Assembly (NCBI RefSeq): GCF_001194135.2
Contig: NC_068981.1
Location: 41,208,785-41,253,698 of the forward strand
Source: Octopus bimaculoides
Lineage: Eukaryota
DNA length: 44,914 bases
Reading direction: 5' to 3'
In this document: piece by piece, positions 11,929 to 23,175 of the stretch
How positions within the stretch are numbered: the stretch's first letter is position 1
How the letters are laid out: the number at the start of each line of letters is the position of its first letter
Notes under the pieces: generated by a model
The model's database searches: none
The model's input: only the letters and a program-made list of their open reading frames with translations
Told to the model about the DNA's origin: nothing
Program-made: the position numbers and the translations under genes

Positions 11929-12168
11929 GTATATATTTATGTATGTATGTATATATTTATGTGTGTATGTGTCTGTGTTTGTCACCTCACCATTGCTTGA
12001 CAACCAATGTCCCCATAACTTAGCAGTTCGGCAAAATGGACCGATAGAATAAGTACTAGGCTTACAAAGTTCTGAGGTTGATTTCTTCAATTAAAACCCT
12101 TTAAGGCGGTGCTCCAGTATGGCTGCTGTCAAATGACTAAAACAAGTGAAAGAATAAAAGAATAAAAG
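11710..12168 (+). mobile_element. Composite SINE (tRNA-like head, central microsatellite, 3' tail) in a MARVEL intron
   Basis: The head (ggtaagaagcttgc...ggcaagtgtcttctactat...ctgaaagaagccc) also occurs at 13770-13935 (+), 24900-25060 (-) and about 44270-44410 (-). The tail matches 7361-7569. Confidence 0.85.
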
Positions 12169-12567
12169 TAAATTTATAATATGTCTACTCTGGCCATATT
12201 TGAACTCAGAATATAATGAGATGTAGGCTGCTGCAGTTTATTGTCTGACACTGGTGATTCTACCATCCTGCATCTTTGTTGATGATTATAATGGTAATAA
12301 TAATGCTACCATTGACACCACTGGTGATGATAAAGATATGAGACAATGAAAAAGCCTTTACATATTTACTCAGTCTGCTAGAAATAACAGTTAAACATTT
12401 GAAGGTGACTTAACAACTATTTTTGTATAAAGATAGAACAGATATACATCTGAAAATAGTTGGTTACATTACATATTTGCTTGACTAGGATGGCCCTGGG
12501 GCTAACAAAAATACTAACATGAAATAAAAAAACAAAACAAAACAAAACTTATCAATGTTTATTTCAG

Positions 12568-12741
12568 GTCTTCACTCTGATTGCTTTCATCTGTGCGTGT
12601 ATCAACCCCTGGTGGACACGTTGGGGTGGTGCATGGGTGCAGTTTGTTGCTATTGCTGCATTTGCTTGGAGTCTCCTTTCTTTCTTCTTCCACATCTGCC
12701 ATGCCTTCAGTAATCAGAATATCCATCGTTTTCATGTAGCA
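12568..12741 (+). CDS. MARVEL-domain protein, coding exon 2
   Basis: atttcag|GTC...GCA|gtgagt, phase 0-0; VFTLIAFICACINPWWTRWGGAWVQFVAIAAFAWSLLSFFFHICHAFSNQNIHRFHVA (end of TM1, then TM2). Confidence 0.93.
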
Positions 12742-13022
12742 GTGAGTGTGTTTTTGTTTTCTTTATCTCTTTGTTATTTTTTGTTAATATCATTTACTTT
12801 GAATATTTCTTATCATGAGCCATCTACATCAGTGGTTCTCAACCATTTTTTTGTCTATGGATCCTTTGATTCCTATTTTACTCAACTGGACCCTCATACC
12901 CATTCAATGTTTAAAAAAATCTTATATTTTTATAATTTAATATGATTAAGAATTGTGTAAAAAAATTGTTACAATATTTTGTGTATTTAAAAAATATAGT
13001 GAATTTACTGCACATAAATTTT

Positions 13023-13390
13023 CATCATCATCATCATCGTTTAACGTCTGCTTTCCATGCTAGCATGGGTTGGACGATTTGATTGAGGACTGGTGAAACC
13101 AGATGGCTACACCAGGCTCCAATCTGATTTGGCAGAGTTTCTACAGCTGGATGCCCTTCCTAACGCCAACCACTCCGAGAGTGTAGTGGGTGCTTTTACG
13201 TGCCACCGGCACAAAGGCCAGTCAGGCGGTACTGGCAACGGTCATGCTTGAAATGGTGTATTTTATGTGTCACCCGCACAAGAGCCAGTCCAGGGGCACT
13301 GGCAATGATCTTGCTCGAAAGACCTTACACATGCCACGGGCACAAGTGCCAGAAAGGCGACGCTGGGCACAGGTGCCATCACGATTTCGC
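13023..13390 (-). mobile_element. SINE with an RTE-type (GAT)n tail, well preserved copy
   Basis: (cat)n cgtttaacgtc...ccatgctagcatgggttggacg... Further copies at 13938-14040 (opposite orientation), 14078-14221, about 16900-17135, 19880-20300, 23740-23940 and 33235-33600. Confidence 0.85.
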
Positions 13391-13578
13391 TTTTAACAGC
13401 AAAAATTTATATGGCATCCAAAGGGTCAAGTCCTGTCACTAATATTTTAATCACACACAAATGGGTGTCCTTTCCACTTCCTCCTAAACTCTGAAACCTT
13501 GTTTGTATGTTTGAAAAAAAATCATTAAAGATTATATCTATTCACAATGTTTTCTTTTTGATTTTTATTCTTTTCCAG

Positions 13579-13677
13579 GAAGCCATACTCTACAGTATAT
13601 TTACAATATGTTTGTTGTCTGCTGGTATCATTGCTGCAATTAGAGCTTACAGCCGAAGTAGCATAGTAGCAGCCACA
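13579..13677 (+). CDS. MARVEL-domain protein, coding exon 3
   Basis: ttttccag|GAA...ACA|gtgagt, phase 0-0; EAILYSIFTICLLSAGIIAAIRAYSRSSIVAAT (TM3). Confidence 0.93.
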
Positions 13678-13769
13678 GTGAGTTTCACAAATATTTCATG
13701 TTCAAAGGAATTTTATTTCATTATTTAGAAAGATTTTGATCTCGGTACTGTAACACATTCTAAGCATTA

Positions 13770-13935
13770 TAGGCACAGGAGTGACTGTGTAGTAAGTAGC
13801 TTACTTACCAACCACATGGTTCCGGGTTCAGTCCCACTGTGTGGCACCTTGGGCAAGTGTCTTCTACTATAGCCTCAGGTCGACCAAAGCCCTGTACATG
13901 AATTTGGTAGATGGAATCTGAAAGAAGCCTGTCGT
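13770..13935 (+). mobile_element. tRNA-headed SINE 5' part
   Basis: aggcacaggagtgactgtgtagtaagtagc...ggttccgggttcagtccc (A/B-box-like); same family as 11710. Confidence 0.8.
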
Positions 13936-14430
13936 GTGAGCCTGGTGTTGCCATCCGGTTTCACCAGTCCTCAGTCAAATCGTCCAACCCATGCTAGCAT
14001 GGAAAGCGGACGTTAAACGATGATGATGATGATGATGATATATATATAAAAATATATATATATATATATATATTTATATCATCATCATCATCATCGTTTA
14101 ACGTCCACTTTCCATGCTAGCATGGGTTGGACGTTTTGAATGAGGACTGGTGAACCAGATGGCTACACCAGGCTCCAATCTGATTTGGCAGAGTTTCTAC
14201 AGCTGGATACCCTTCCTAATGNNNNNNNNNNNNNNNNNNNNNNNNNNNNNNNNNNNNNNNNNNNNNNNNNNNNNNNNNNNNNNNNNNNNNNNNNNNNNNN
14301 NNNNNNNNNNNNNNNNNNNNNNNNNNNNNNNNNNNNNNNNNNNNNNNNNNNNNNNNNNNNNNNNNNNNNNNNNNNNNNNNNNNNNNNNNNNNNNNNNNNN
14401 NNNNNNNNNNNNNNNNNNNNNNNNNNNNTG

Positions 14431-14466
<36 letters not shown>

Positions 14467-14542
14467 CAGACAGACAAACAGATAGATTAATTATCATGTA
14501 CTTGTTAGAAAGCAATGTATACATATGTATTATTAATAATGA

Positions 14543-14700
14543 GAAGGCATGTACCTGGTAGTTAAGGTATTGCATGCAAGATCTTCAGATCACGGTTTTG
14601 ATTCCCAGACCAGTGGTGTATTGTGTTCTTGAGCAAAACACTTCCGTTGCATGTTGTTCCAGTCTACTCAGCTGTAAATGGTTACCCATTTACTGGCGTC
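14543..14700 (+). mobile_element. tRNA-derived SINE, third family; an inverted copy lies at about 16160-16275
   Basis: Shared core gtgttcttgagcaaaacactt...ccagtctactcagctgtaaatg matches the reverse complement of about 16160-16225. Confidence 0.6.
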
Positions 14701-14863
14701 TCATTCAGGAGGAATGTTAGCCAGCTTGCCTAACCAGCAGTGCGGCATCATTCAGAAGTCACAACATTCTGACCAGCAATGTGTGACAACATCCAATAGT
14801 TTGTTTGATACAGTGATATTATTAATAATAATGTTTTACATATATGTATTTCTATTTTGCCAG

Positions 14864-15007
14864 ATATTTACCATTATGTCTACTGTCCTATATGGTGTTG
14901 AATCAATTCTTCTATTCCGTGACTGGTCAGATAGTCGTGGCTCAAATTCTTCAGCTGAAAGACCACAACCAACTACATCAGAACCACCAAGTAATCCCAA
15001 TGTATAA
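14864..15007 (+). CDS. MARVEL-domain protein, terminal coding exon
   Basis: ttttgccag|ATA...TAA; IFTIMSTVLYGVESILLFRDWSDSRGSNSSAERPQPTTSEPPSNPNV* (TM4 and cytoplasmic tail). Total 179 aa. Confidence 0.92.
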   Translation: MFTIMSTVLYGVESILLFRDWSDSRGSNSSAERPQPTTSEPPSNPNV

Positions 15008-15047
15008 GTTCCTCCAGTTGAATCTCAACCTTTTTGTCTCCTTTTGT

Positions 15048-15053
15048 AATAAA
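15048..15053 (+). terminator. Candidate polyadenylation signal of the MARVEL gene
   Basis: AATAAA 41 nt after the stop codon; such hexamers are common in this AT-rich DNA. Confidence 0.35.
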
Positions 15054-15124
15054 TATAATACATTTTTAAAAAAACATTTGATATAATTTTATGCCAACAT
15101 TTATATTATATATAAATATAATTC

Positions 15125-15185
<61 letters not shown>

Positions 15186-15423
15186 CACACATATATATAT
15201 ATATATCAATTTATCACTCTCTCTGTGTTTTTTTATATATACATACACATACATATACATGTATCAATATATTCATGTACATGCTAAATATATACAAATA
15301 TATTTAGATATTTACCTGTGTATGTTATAAGAATGTATTTGTTTCTATGTGTATGTAAATATACAACACATGTAATAATATACATGCTTATACATATACA
15401 GATTACATAATATACATGAGTAT

Positions 15424-15463
<40 letters not shown>

Positions 15464-15984
15464 TGCAAGTGTGTATATCAGAATGAAATTGTATTTGTAT
15501 ATAAAATAAATCTTTCCAGAACTTTGTCTTTCTCCAGTGTTTTTTTTTCATTTAGTGAGCTTAATCAAAATTGGATTTTAATATTGATATTGCAGAGCAA
15601 TATTTTTCTCATGAGGTTGAAAGAGAGATAGTATCATAACAAGTTGGACTGAGAAGAATCTACCATTCCATAAAGAACTATGTGACTAAAATGAATATTA
15701 CAAATCATAATTATAAGTTATGTAATATGTATTTGAACAATCGTATAATTCGTAAAGTGAAACTGAGTTAATATACTTAAAGTTAATTATTCAACTAAAT
15801 CATATCTTGTATAAGCATATGTGTATAAGAGCTAGCCATCACCCAGAGGTAAATATGGCTAGGTAGCATGTACTATGCTTTTGCTAGAGGTTTTTAGGTG
15901 CCTTTATAGTTGGAAGCAGGCAGACATACCGTATTGATTCTCATACCCTTTGATTCCATAGTGTATTCAGTATGTGACAGTTCA

Positions 15985-16141
15985 AAGGAGAGAGAGAGAG
16001 GGAGAGAGAGAGGGAGAGAGGGAGAGAGGGAGAGAGAGGGAGAGAGAGAGAGAGAGAGNNNNNNNNNNGAGAGAGAGGGAGAGAGAGAGGGAGAGAGGGA
16101 GAGAGGGAGAGAGAGGGAGAGAGAGAGAGAGAGAGAGAGAG
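15985..16141. repeat. (GA)n/(GGAGA)n microsatellite containing an assembly gap (16059-16068)
   Basis: Directly visible. Confidence 0.95.
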
Positions 16142-16545
16142 CTGCTCCAGTTTTCACTTGGTACTCATTTGCAGCTGAGTATACTAGACAGCATGAAATG
16201 AAGTATCTTGTTTAAGGACAGACCTGAATCCATGACATTATGATCATGAGTCAAATATGCTAATCACTAGGCCTTATGCTTTCACAAACACACACACACA
16301 CACACACACATATAGTTACAGGGTAGTACAATCCAAAAGATCCTGGTATAGGAGGCTAGTAAGCTTCAAGCAAGTCCACAGCTATTATAGAAGGTGAAAG
16401 GTGGACGCTATTTGATAATAACCATTGTATGTTATACGCTTTATCTCATATTGAAATCAATGGAAATTTCGATAAACTGACAGTCACAATACAACGCTCA
16501 GTTTAGCAGCTATGTAAAATTGCTAAATATTCAAGTAAAAATCCA

Positions 16546-16873
16546 AGAATGTATGAAATAGAAAAGGTAAATAACAACTACATATGTTTCATAACTAAAT
16601 GATATTTGTTTCATGACTTGTAACACATACAAAACCCATTTAGCTAATCCTCAGGTCCAAATACCTTTGAATTGTTTACATCATCACATGGAGATGAATA
16701 AATGATTCAGCAATGTAGCCACAGCACAAAAACAATAATGTATACGACTTGACAGTAATCAAACCAGAGGATTAGCTAAATGGGCTTTGTGTATGTTACA
16801 AGTTATATAACAAATATTATTTAAATACGAAACATATGTAGTCTTTATTTACTTTTTCCATTCCTTACATTCT
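16546..16873. mobile_element. MITE-like foldback with ~107 bp inverted arms
   Basis: 16546-16652 matches the reverse complement of 16767-16873 (e.g. cccatttagctaatcctc / gaggattagctaaatggg). Confidence 0.8.
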
Positions 16874-17136
16874 AAGAAACATATATATATATATATCATC
16901 ATTTAACATCTGCCTTCCATGTTGGCATGAGTTGGACTGTTTGACAGGAGTTGGCCAGGCAGGAGCCTACACCAGGCTTCTGTGTCTGTTTTGGTAGAGT
17001 TTTTATGACTGGATGCCCTTTTTAACACCAACCACTCAACAGATTGCACTGATTGCTTTTTATGTGGTACAAGCACAGGCAAGGTCAGTTTGGCATGGTT
17101 TTTACAGTTGGATGCCCTTCCAAACACCAACCACTT

Positions 17137-17180
<44 letters not shown>

Positions 17181-17592
17181 NNNNNNNNNNNNNNNNNNNN
17201 NNNNNNNNNNNNNNNNNNNNNNNNNNNNNNNNNNNNNNNNNNNNNNNNNNNNNNNNNNNNNNNNNNNNNNNNNNNNNNNNNNNNNNNNNNNNNNNNNNNN
17301 NNNNNNNNNNNNNNNNNNNNNNNNNNNNNNNNNNNNNNNNNNNNNNNNNNNNNNNNNNNNNNNNNNNNNNNNNNNNNNNNNNNNNNNNNNNNNNNNNNNN
17401 NNNNNNNNNNNNNNNNNNNNNNNNNNNNNNNNNNNNNNNNNNNNNNNNNNNNNNNNNNNNNNNNNNNNNNNNNNNNNNNNNNNNNNNNNNNNNNNNNNNN
17501 NNNNNNNNNNNNNNNNNNNNNNNNNNNNNNNNNNNNNNNNNNNNNNNNNNNNNNNNNNNNNNNNNNNNNNNNNNNNNNNNNNNNNNNNNNNN

Positions 17593-18812
17593 TTATACTT
17601 TTTTTATTTTTCAAAATTAATATAAACAAAGTTCTTTTTTAATCTAAAATATACCCTCCTTCATTTTCTACAATGCTCTTCCATCTATCTAGTAGACTTG
17701 CAAGGCCCCTCTTCCAAAATACTTTTCCAGTACTGTGCTGACCTTGTTTACAGAATTCATATTTTCTCCATCCAAATGATTTTGAAAACTGTTGTAAAAA
17801 TGATAATCAGATGGGGCACTATCCAGTGAACATGGTGGGTAGGGCATCATTTCCCATTCAAACTACTCCAACCTTTGGAATGTCATCCTTGTTATATGTG
17901 GCCGAGCATTATCCTGATGGAAGAACACCTTTCGTCTTGAAACCAAAGATGGTCATTTTTCTTATAGTGCTGACTTAAACTGCTCACAGTGGATCTCCTT
18001 TGTTATTGTTTGGTTTGGGTTTAAAAGTTCAAAGTGAACTAAACCTTTCGTATCCCACCAACCAGATAACAACACCTTACATGGGTGAAGACCTTCTTTA
18101 GCCTGGGGTGCAGATGTTTCTCCTTTCCCTACCCACTGTCTTCAGTGCTTGAAATTTTTATAGAGAACCCATTTCTTGTCACCACTCACTATTTGGTCCA
18201 AAAAGGGTTCATTTGTGAGATGTAACAGCAAAGAAGAGCACACATTCACTCTCTGCATGTGATTAGACTTGGGAACTTTGTGAGAAACCCATTGACCCAA
18301 TTTGCTGAGTTTTCCGATAACATGCAGCTGTCATTGAATTGTTGAATGACCAAATCCAAGCTTCTCTGCTAGTTCCTCAACATTTACAGTGGGATTTTGT
18401 TCCAGCAAGGTTTGCAGGACATCCTCATTGAGGTCTACGAATCTTCCAGGATGAGGCTTGTCTTCTAGGCTGTTGTTTCCAGCTCAGAATTTCTGGAAAA
18501 ACTATTGACACTGGCTTATGCTTATTGTCTGATCCCCATACACTGCATTAATATTTCTCACACTTTCTGTTGTGTTGTTGCCTTTACTGGGCTCATAATG
18601 CAAAATATGGCAAATATGCTCCTTTGTTATTTCCATTATAGCTTTGAAAAAATAACTGTTAAAATCGAATTGCACTCTTCACGAAGAATGAGGACAAAGT
18701 AAAACTATTACCTGTTTTTATAGCAAGTTGATGCAGATACTCTATCCCATTCCCCTCCAACTTTTAGGTCATGCAATTGAAAAAACCGCATTATTTATGG
18801 GATGATCCAATA
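17593..18812 (-). mobile_element. Degenerate, nearly full-length mariner (DD34D-type) transposon
   Basis: The ORF relic runs from ATG 18636 to about 17639: HTH region, WVSHK (WVPHEL motif), IVSGDKKW (D1), HQDNARPH (D2), PPCSLDSAPSDYH (YSPDL motif, D3), with about 7 stops. A TIR-like end tattggatcatcccataaataatgcgg abuts (TA)n; the other TIR is probably in the gap 17181-17592. Confidence 0.93.
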
Positions 18813-19336
18813 TATATATATATGTGTGTATGTATGTGTGTGTGTGTGTGTGTGTATCTCCTTGTCTTGACATCACACATTAATTGTAAAACAAGTATCT
18901 CTATCATATTAGTGGCAGCATTCATTTTCAATCCTCTGTGGAAAAATGTCTGGTGAAGGGGAAATAGCCCCTTGCTTGAGAATAAGTGATGATTAGCAAC
19001 AGAAAGAGCCATAGAAAATATACTTCAATGAATTGTCTAACTCATGCAAGCATGGAAAAGTGGACATTAGTACATTAAAACAGAGATGATGATGTTGATG
19101 GTAATGACGATGCACACATGAACAAAATGCTAAAAATAATGCTATTGACGGAGCTGGGAGACATGTGTGTATCATATATATATATATTCATATACAAACA
19201 CAGACATACATATACATTTGGGCCTCATCTCAACTTAATAATGACAAAGTTCACTAAATTCTTCACTATTTTCAAAATTAATTGAAATAAAGGTAGTGTA
19301 ATACAATTGTATATTTAAGAGATGAGGAATTATGTA

Positions 19337-19818
19337 CATTATTTACATTTGATGGATATTTGTCCTCATCTTGTTTGTTGTTAACACAACATTTTGGCTG
19401 ATATACCCTCTAGCCTTCATCAGTCTTGAGAAATTTCGAACCTGGGTTCTTATTCCTAAGGTATCTTTCAATGTAATTATTATTATTATTTTCAGGTCAC
19501 TGCCTGGAATCGAATTCGGAATCTTGGGGTTAGTAGCCTGCATTCTTAACCACTATGCCATATGCCACGGGCATATGGCGTAGGCATAGCAGTTAAGAGC
19601 ATGGGCTACTAATCCTAAGAATCTGAGTTCGATTCCAGGCAGTGACCTGAATAATATTAATACTACTACTACTAATAATAACAATAATAACATCGAAAAA
19701 TACTTTAGGAATGAGAATCCAGGTTCAAAATTTCCCCAAGACACCTGATGAAGGCTGGAGACGAAACGTGTTACCAACAAACAAGATGAGGACAAATATC
19801 CATCAAATGTAAATAATG
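19337..19818. mobile_element. Palindromic element: two head-to-head tRNA-like heads, each followed by (AAT)n and a decayed hammerhead motif
   Basis: Arms 19337-19566 and 19570-19818 are reverse complements around a 3-nt loop. A box TGGCATAGTGG at 19550-19560 (-); B-box-like motifs at 19506-19517 (-) and 19625-19636 (+); CTGATGA at 19417-19423 (-) and 19745-19751 (+). Confidence 0.85.
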
Positions 19819-20457
19819 GTAGTGTATTTTGAACAAAGGGGTTAAAATGCTGCTTACAAATGTATTATGCAATCATTGTCATCGTTTAACGTTCGTCTTC
19901 TGTGCATGCATGGGTAGGATGGTTGACAGAAGCCAGCCAGGTAGAAGACTACCCCAGGCTACTGATTCAGTATTTATGGCTGGGTGCCCTTCCTAATACC
20001 AACCACTCTGTAGAGTGGGCTCATTGCTTTTTACATAGCACAAGCATAGGCGATGTTAGTTTTGGTATGATTTTTACAGCTGGATGCCCTTCCAAATGCC
20101 AACCACTTTACAGTGTAGACTGGATGCTTTACATGTGGCACCAGCACCAGCAGGGTCACCAAGTAACTTGCAAGACAAGAAATTTTGAGAGGGGTGGGGG
20201 CATTGGAAGAGATGCTCATTTGTCAGGTGATGAAAGGTTAGAGTGTGACAGAAACAGGTGTCTTGCTATAGGTACATGGTTACCTGGCGAGAGAGAGGAG
20301 AGAAAGAGAGAGTAAGTGAAGTTAAAAGTTATGGCTGGTCAAAGAGTGACCATTGGCTTCACACCTATAAAGCACTTCGCAGTATCGGTGATCTGTCAGA
20401 TTCAAATGGCCAAAGGCTCATAACCTCTCTACAACTAGAGGAAGAACTATGTAATGG

Positions 20458-20603
20458 TCAGTTGGTTTTGTAAACAAAAGAATATTTGTCCATGCTGCTG
20501 GCTGGCTGGATTTATCCCCCATGCATGAGCTCCAGCTGTTGTGGTATTCGAAGGGGTATGACCCCATCACAGACAATTATTGTTTGTTTACAAAACCAAC
20601 TGA
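20458..20603. mobile_element. Small MITE-like element with ~33 bp TIRs
   Basis: tcagttggttttgtaaacaaa...ttgtc pairs with gacaa...tttgtttacaaaaccaactga. Confidence 0.7.
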
Positions 20604-22969
20604 GTGTTACCTTTTTCTCCCTTCAGTTCTACAAAGGTTATGTGTCTTCTGTCATTTGAGTCTGACAAGTCACCTATACTGCTAAGTGATTTATAGGAGT
20701 GAAACCAATGATCCTTCCATGACCAGCCATAACTTTTTTAACTTCTTGAAAAAATATATTACTGCTCTAATGCTTTAAAATGTGCTTCTTTTTCGGATGT
20801 TTGAACTACTGACGATATGCCTGAAATTGCATTTTGACCCTCTGGCCAATAACTGATGAGGAGTTGGGGACCTTCTGTATCTGTCTTCTGTTCACTTACT
20901 TAGTTTTTCAACTTGCCATTCTGCGTATTTTCCGTTCGTTTGTGCATTTACTATAAGTTTTTTCACATACACACACATATATCTAATGTATTTTCTGTGT
21001 GTTTATAACTCGAGTATTGAAATAAAGGTAGTGTAATGTTCATCCGATCGCACTGAAATTTTAAACATGGATACATGAGAAAGATTTTCAAAATTGTCAG
21101 TTTCAAAGTGAGAATCACTATTTTTGTAATCTTTTTGTCCTGTTTCTTCTGCCTATCCTATTCACTGACTGAAGTTCTAAACAATTCATTTGTACGTTTT
21201 CACATTTAAATGACAGATATATGTAAATAAAGCTTACTATTTGATTTAAATATTAGACCACAAACAACTGTATTCATTTCTGCATTTTCACACGTTTGTA
21301 ATCGGCTAAAAAAATTGACATCACTCTCACTTTAGTTAACTGTAATCAACTACGTGCATTTGTGGTCAAATGTGTTCTTACAGCTGTTTTTCGTGCAATA
21401 AACCAGCTGACATGAAAAACTACTAGGAAAATGCAGTTGCTTTAAGTGAGCAAAAAAGTGAAAATGAAGCAAATAAATAACTGGTGATTACTCAATTTTC
21501 TGAAGATATTCTCAACAAAATTCAACTGAAAGTAGATAAGACTAATTGATTGCTTATAAAATGTGATTGGATTGTGCATTGTGCTCTTGAGAAAATTATT
21601 TCATTTCATATTGCTTCAGTCTCCTTGGATGCTGGTACAACACCACTTCTTTCTCCTGTTGTCATATCCTGAATGTTCCACTGGATCAAGGGTGAAGAGA
21701 CTAAGAGGGTGTTTCTATCTACTCATGACTACGTAGGCACCCAAAACAATGAGTGAAAGCAGTTAATAGTTAATACTCACTTGTGAGAGACAACTGGTTG
21801 TCTGCTTTACTGTTTTGATAGCTCTCTGTGTTGGAAAAAGCCACAAATCACTACAGTATATTTTTTGCTATTGTAGGATCATTAAAGATTCCTTTGACCT
21901 CAGTGGTAGATTTATCTTTGTAGTTGGCTTACTGAGTTGAATTATTTATTCAGATTCATTTATACATACTTTTATAGCTATCACAATTGTAAAATTTGCA
22001 AGTTTCAAAGATAAAACTTTGTTGTATTCGTTAGGCATGAATTTAATAATCTAATTCAGTATTAACGGATATGATGCTGTTATTTACAATTTACAAGAAA
22101 CAATTTATTAATAAAAACAACAGGAATCCATTTTAATTTAAACTTTATTCAAATCAATAAAATTTCATTAAATTATTAGAAGAAATTAAACAACTTGAAC
22201 AGAACCATAAAACTGAGGATATTTGTTGCTTTTCTTTAAACATATAAATCAGCCACAAATCCTACAGAAATATTGACATTTGGCATTCTATCCCTTTGAT
22301 TTATTCAAGGAAAAGATACACCAGCTTTCCTTAATGATTTAGATCACAGTATAATAGACATGAATTTCATCAGCTCCGTAAACAGAAGCCAAAATAACCA
22401 TTAGAAAACTCATATTCTCAAGTATAAAGTAATGTTATATCAATAAGTCAGAATTCCAATATATAATAGCTATTGAAATATATAATAGGACATATTTATA
22501 TGTCAAAAACAAAAAGTAACCAGCTTGCTTAAACTGTAATTAAGAAGTTAAGATTTGGCAAAATAAATAAATAAGAGGAAAATTCTTCCCCACAAAGAGC
22601 TTAAGAGTGAATATTACATAATACTACCCAGGGAGCTTGAAATGTGTCACCTCTATACTGCAAAAGTAAATAAAAAAAGCTTCAGAAATTTAATAGGTAA
22701 TTTTTTTACAAACTTTTGAATTCCCAGAAATATGATCAAACATGATAATTTCTTTAGATTTTTTTATCCAGTTTAGTAATGAAACCCAAACATGAACACT
22801 AATACTTTTAGATACCATATCTAAATACCAAAATTCTTCTTGAATGTCAAATATACCTAAAACATTAGCATATTGTAACAATCTGATAGTTGTATCCATC
22901 AATAAAAAAAAAATTAATTTAAAAAATGTCACCAGGTAAAAACCACTGACAAAAGAAATATTGGTTTCA

Positions 22970-23175
22970 AATTTTTGGCACAAGGCCAGAAATTTTTGGG
23001 GAGGGATCAAGTTGATTCGATTGACCCCAGAGTTCAACTGGTACTTATTTTATCGACCTCGAAAGGATGAAAGGCAAAGTTGACCTCAGCAGAATTTGAA
23101 CTCAGAATGTAAAGACGAAATGCCACTAAGCACATTGCTCAGCATGCTAACAATTCTGCCAGCTCACTGCCTTAC
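22970..23175 (+). mobile_element. SINE fragment (ttttggcacaaggccag...gaaaggatgaaaggcaaagt...gaatttgaactcagaa family)
   Basis: Further copies at about 28485-28690, 38770-38890, 38930-39065 and 41970-42100. Confidence 0.8.

Noticed and set aside
14140-17642. Long ORFs containing X runs (14140-14575, 17013-17642)
   Set aside because: Artefacts of reading through N gaps from SINE and microsatellite flanks.
19500-19645. tRNA genes
   Set aside because: A and B boxes are present, but there is no acceptor stem or full cloverleaf. These are SINE-type heads, like those at 11710, 13770 and 14543.
22690-22856. - strand ORF end GIFDIQEEFWYLDMVSK...KITY* with a ttttag acceptor
   Set aside because: No recognisable homology, background AT content, and the upstream part of the ORF is SINE. 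A better terminal exon exists at 27752-28403. Not excluded as an alternative last exon.
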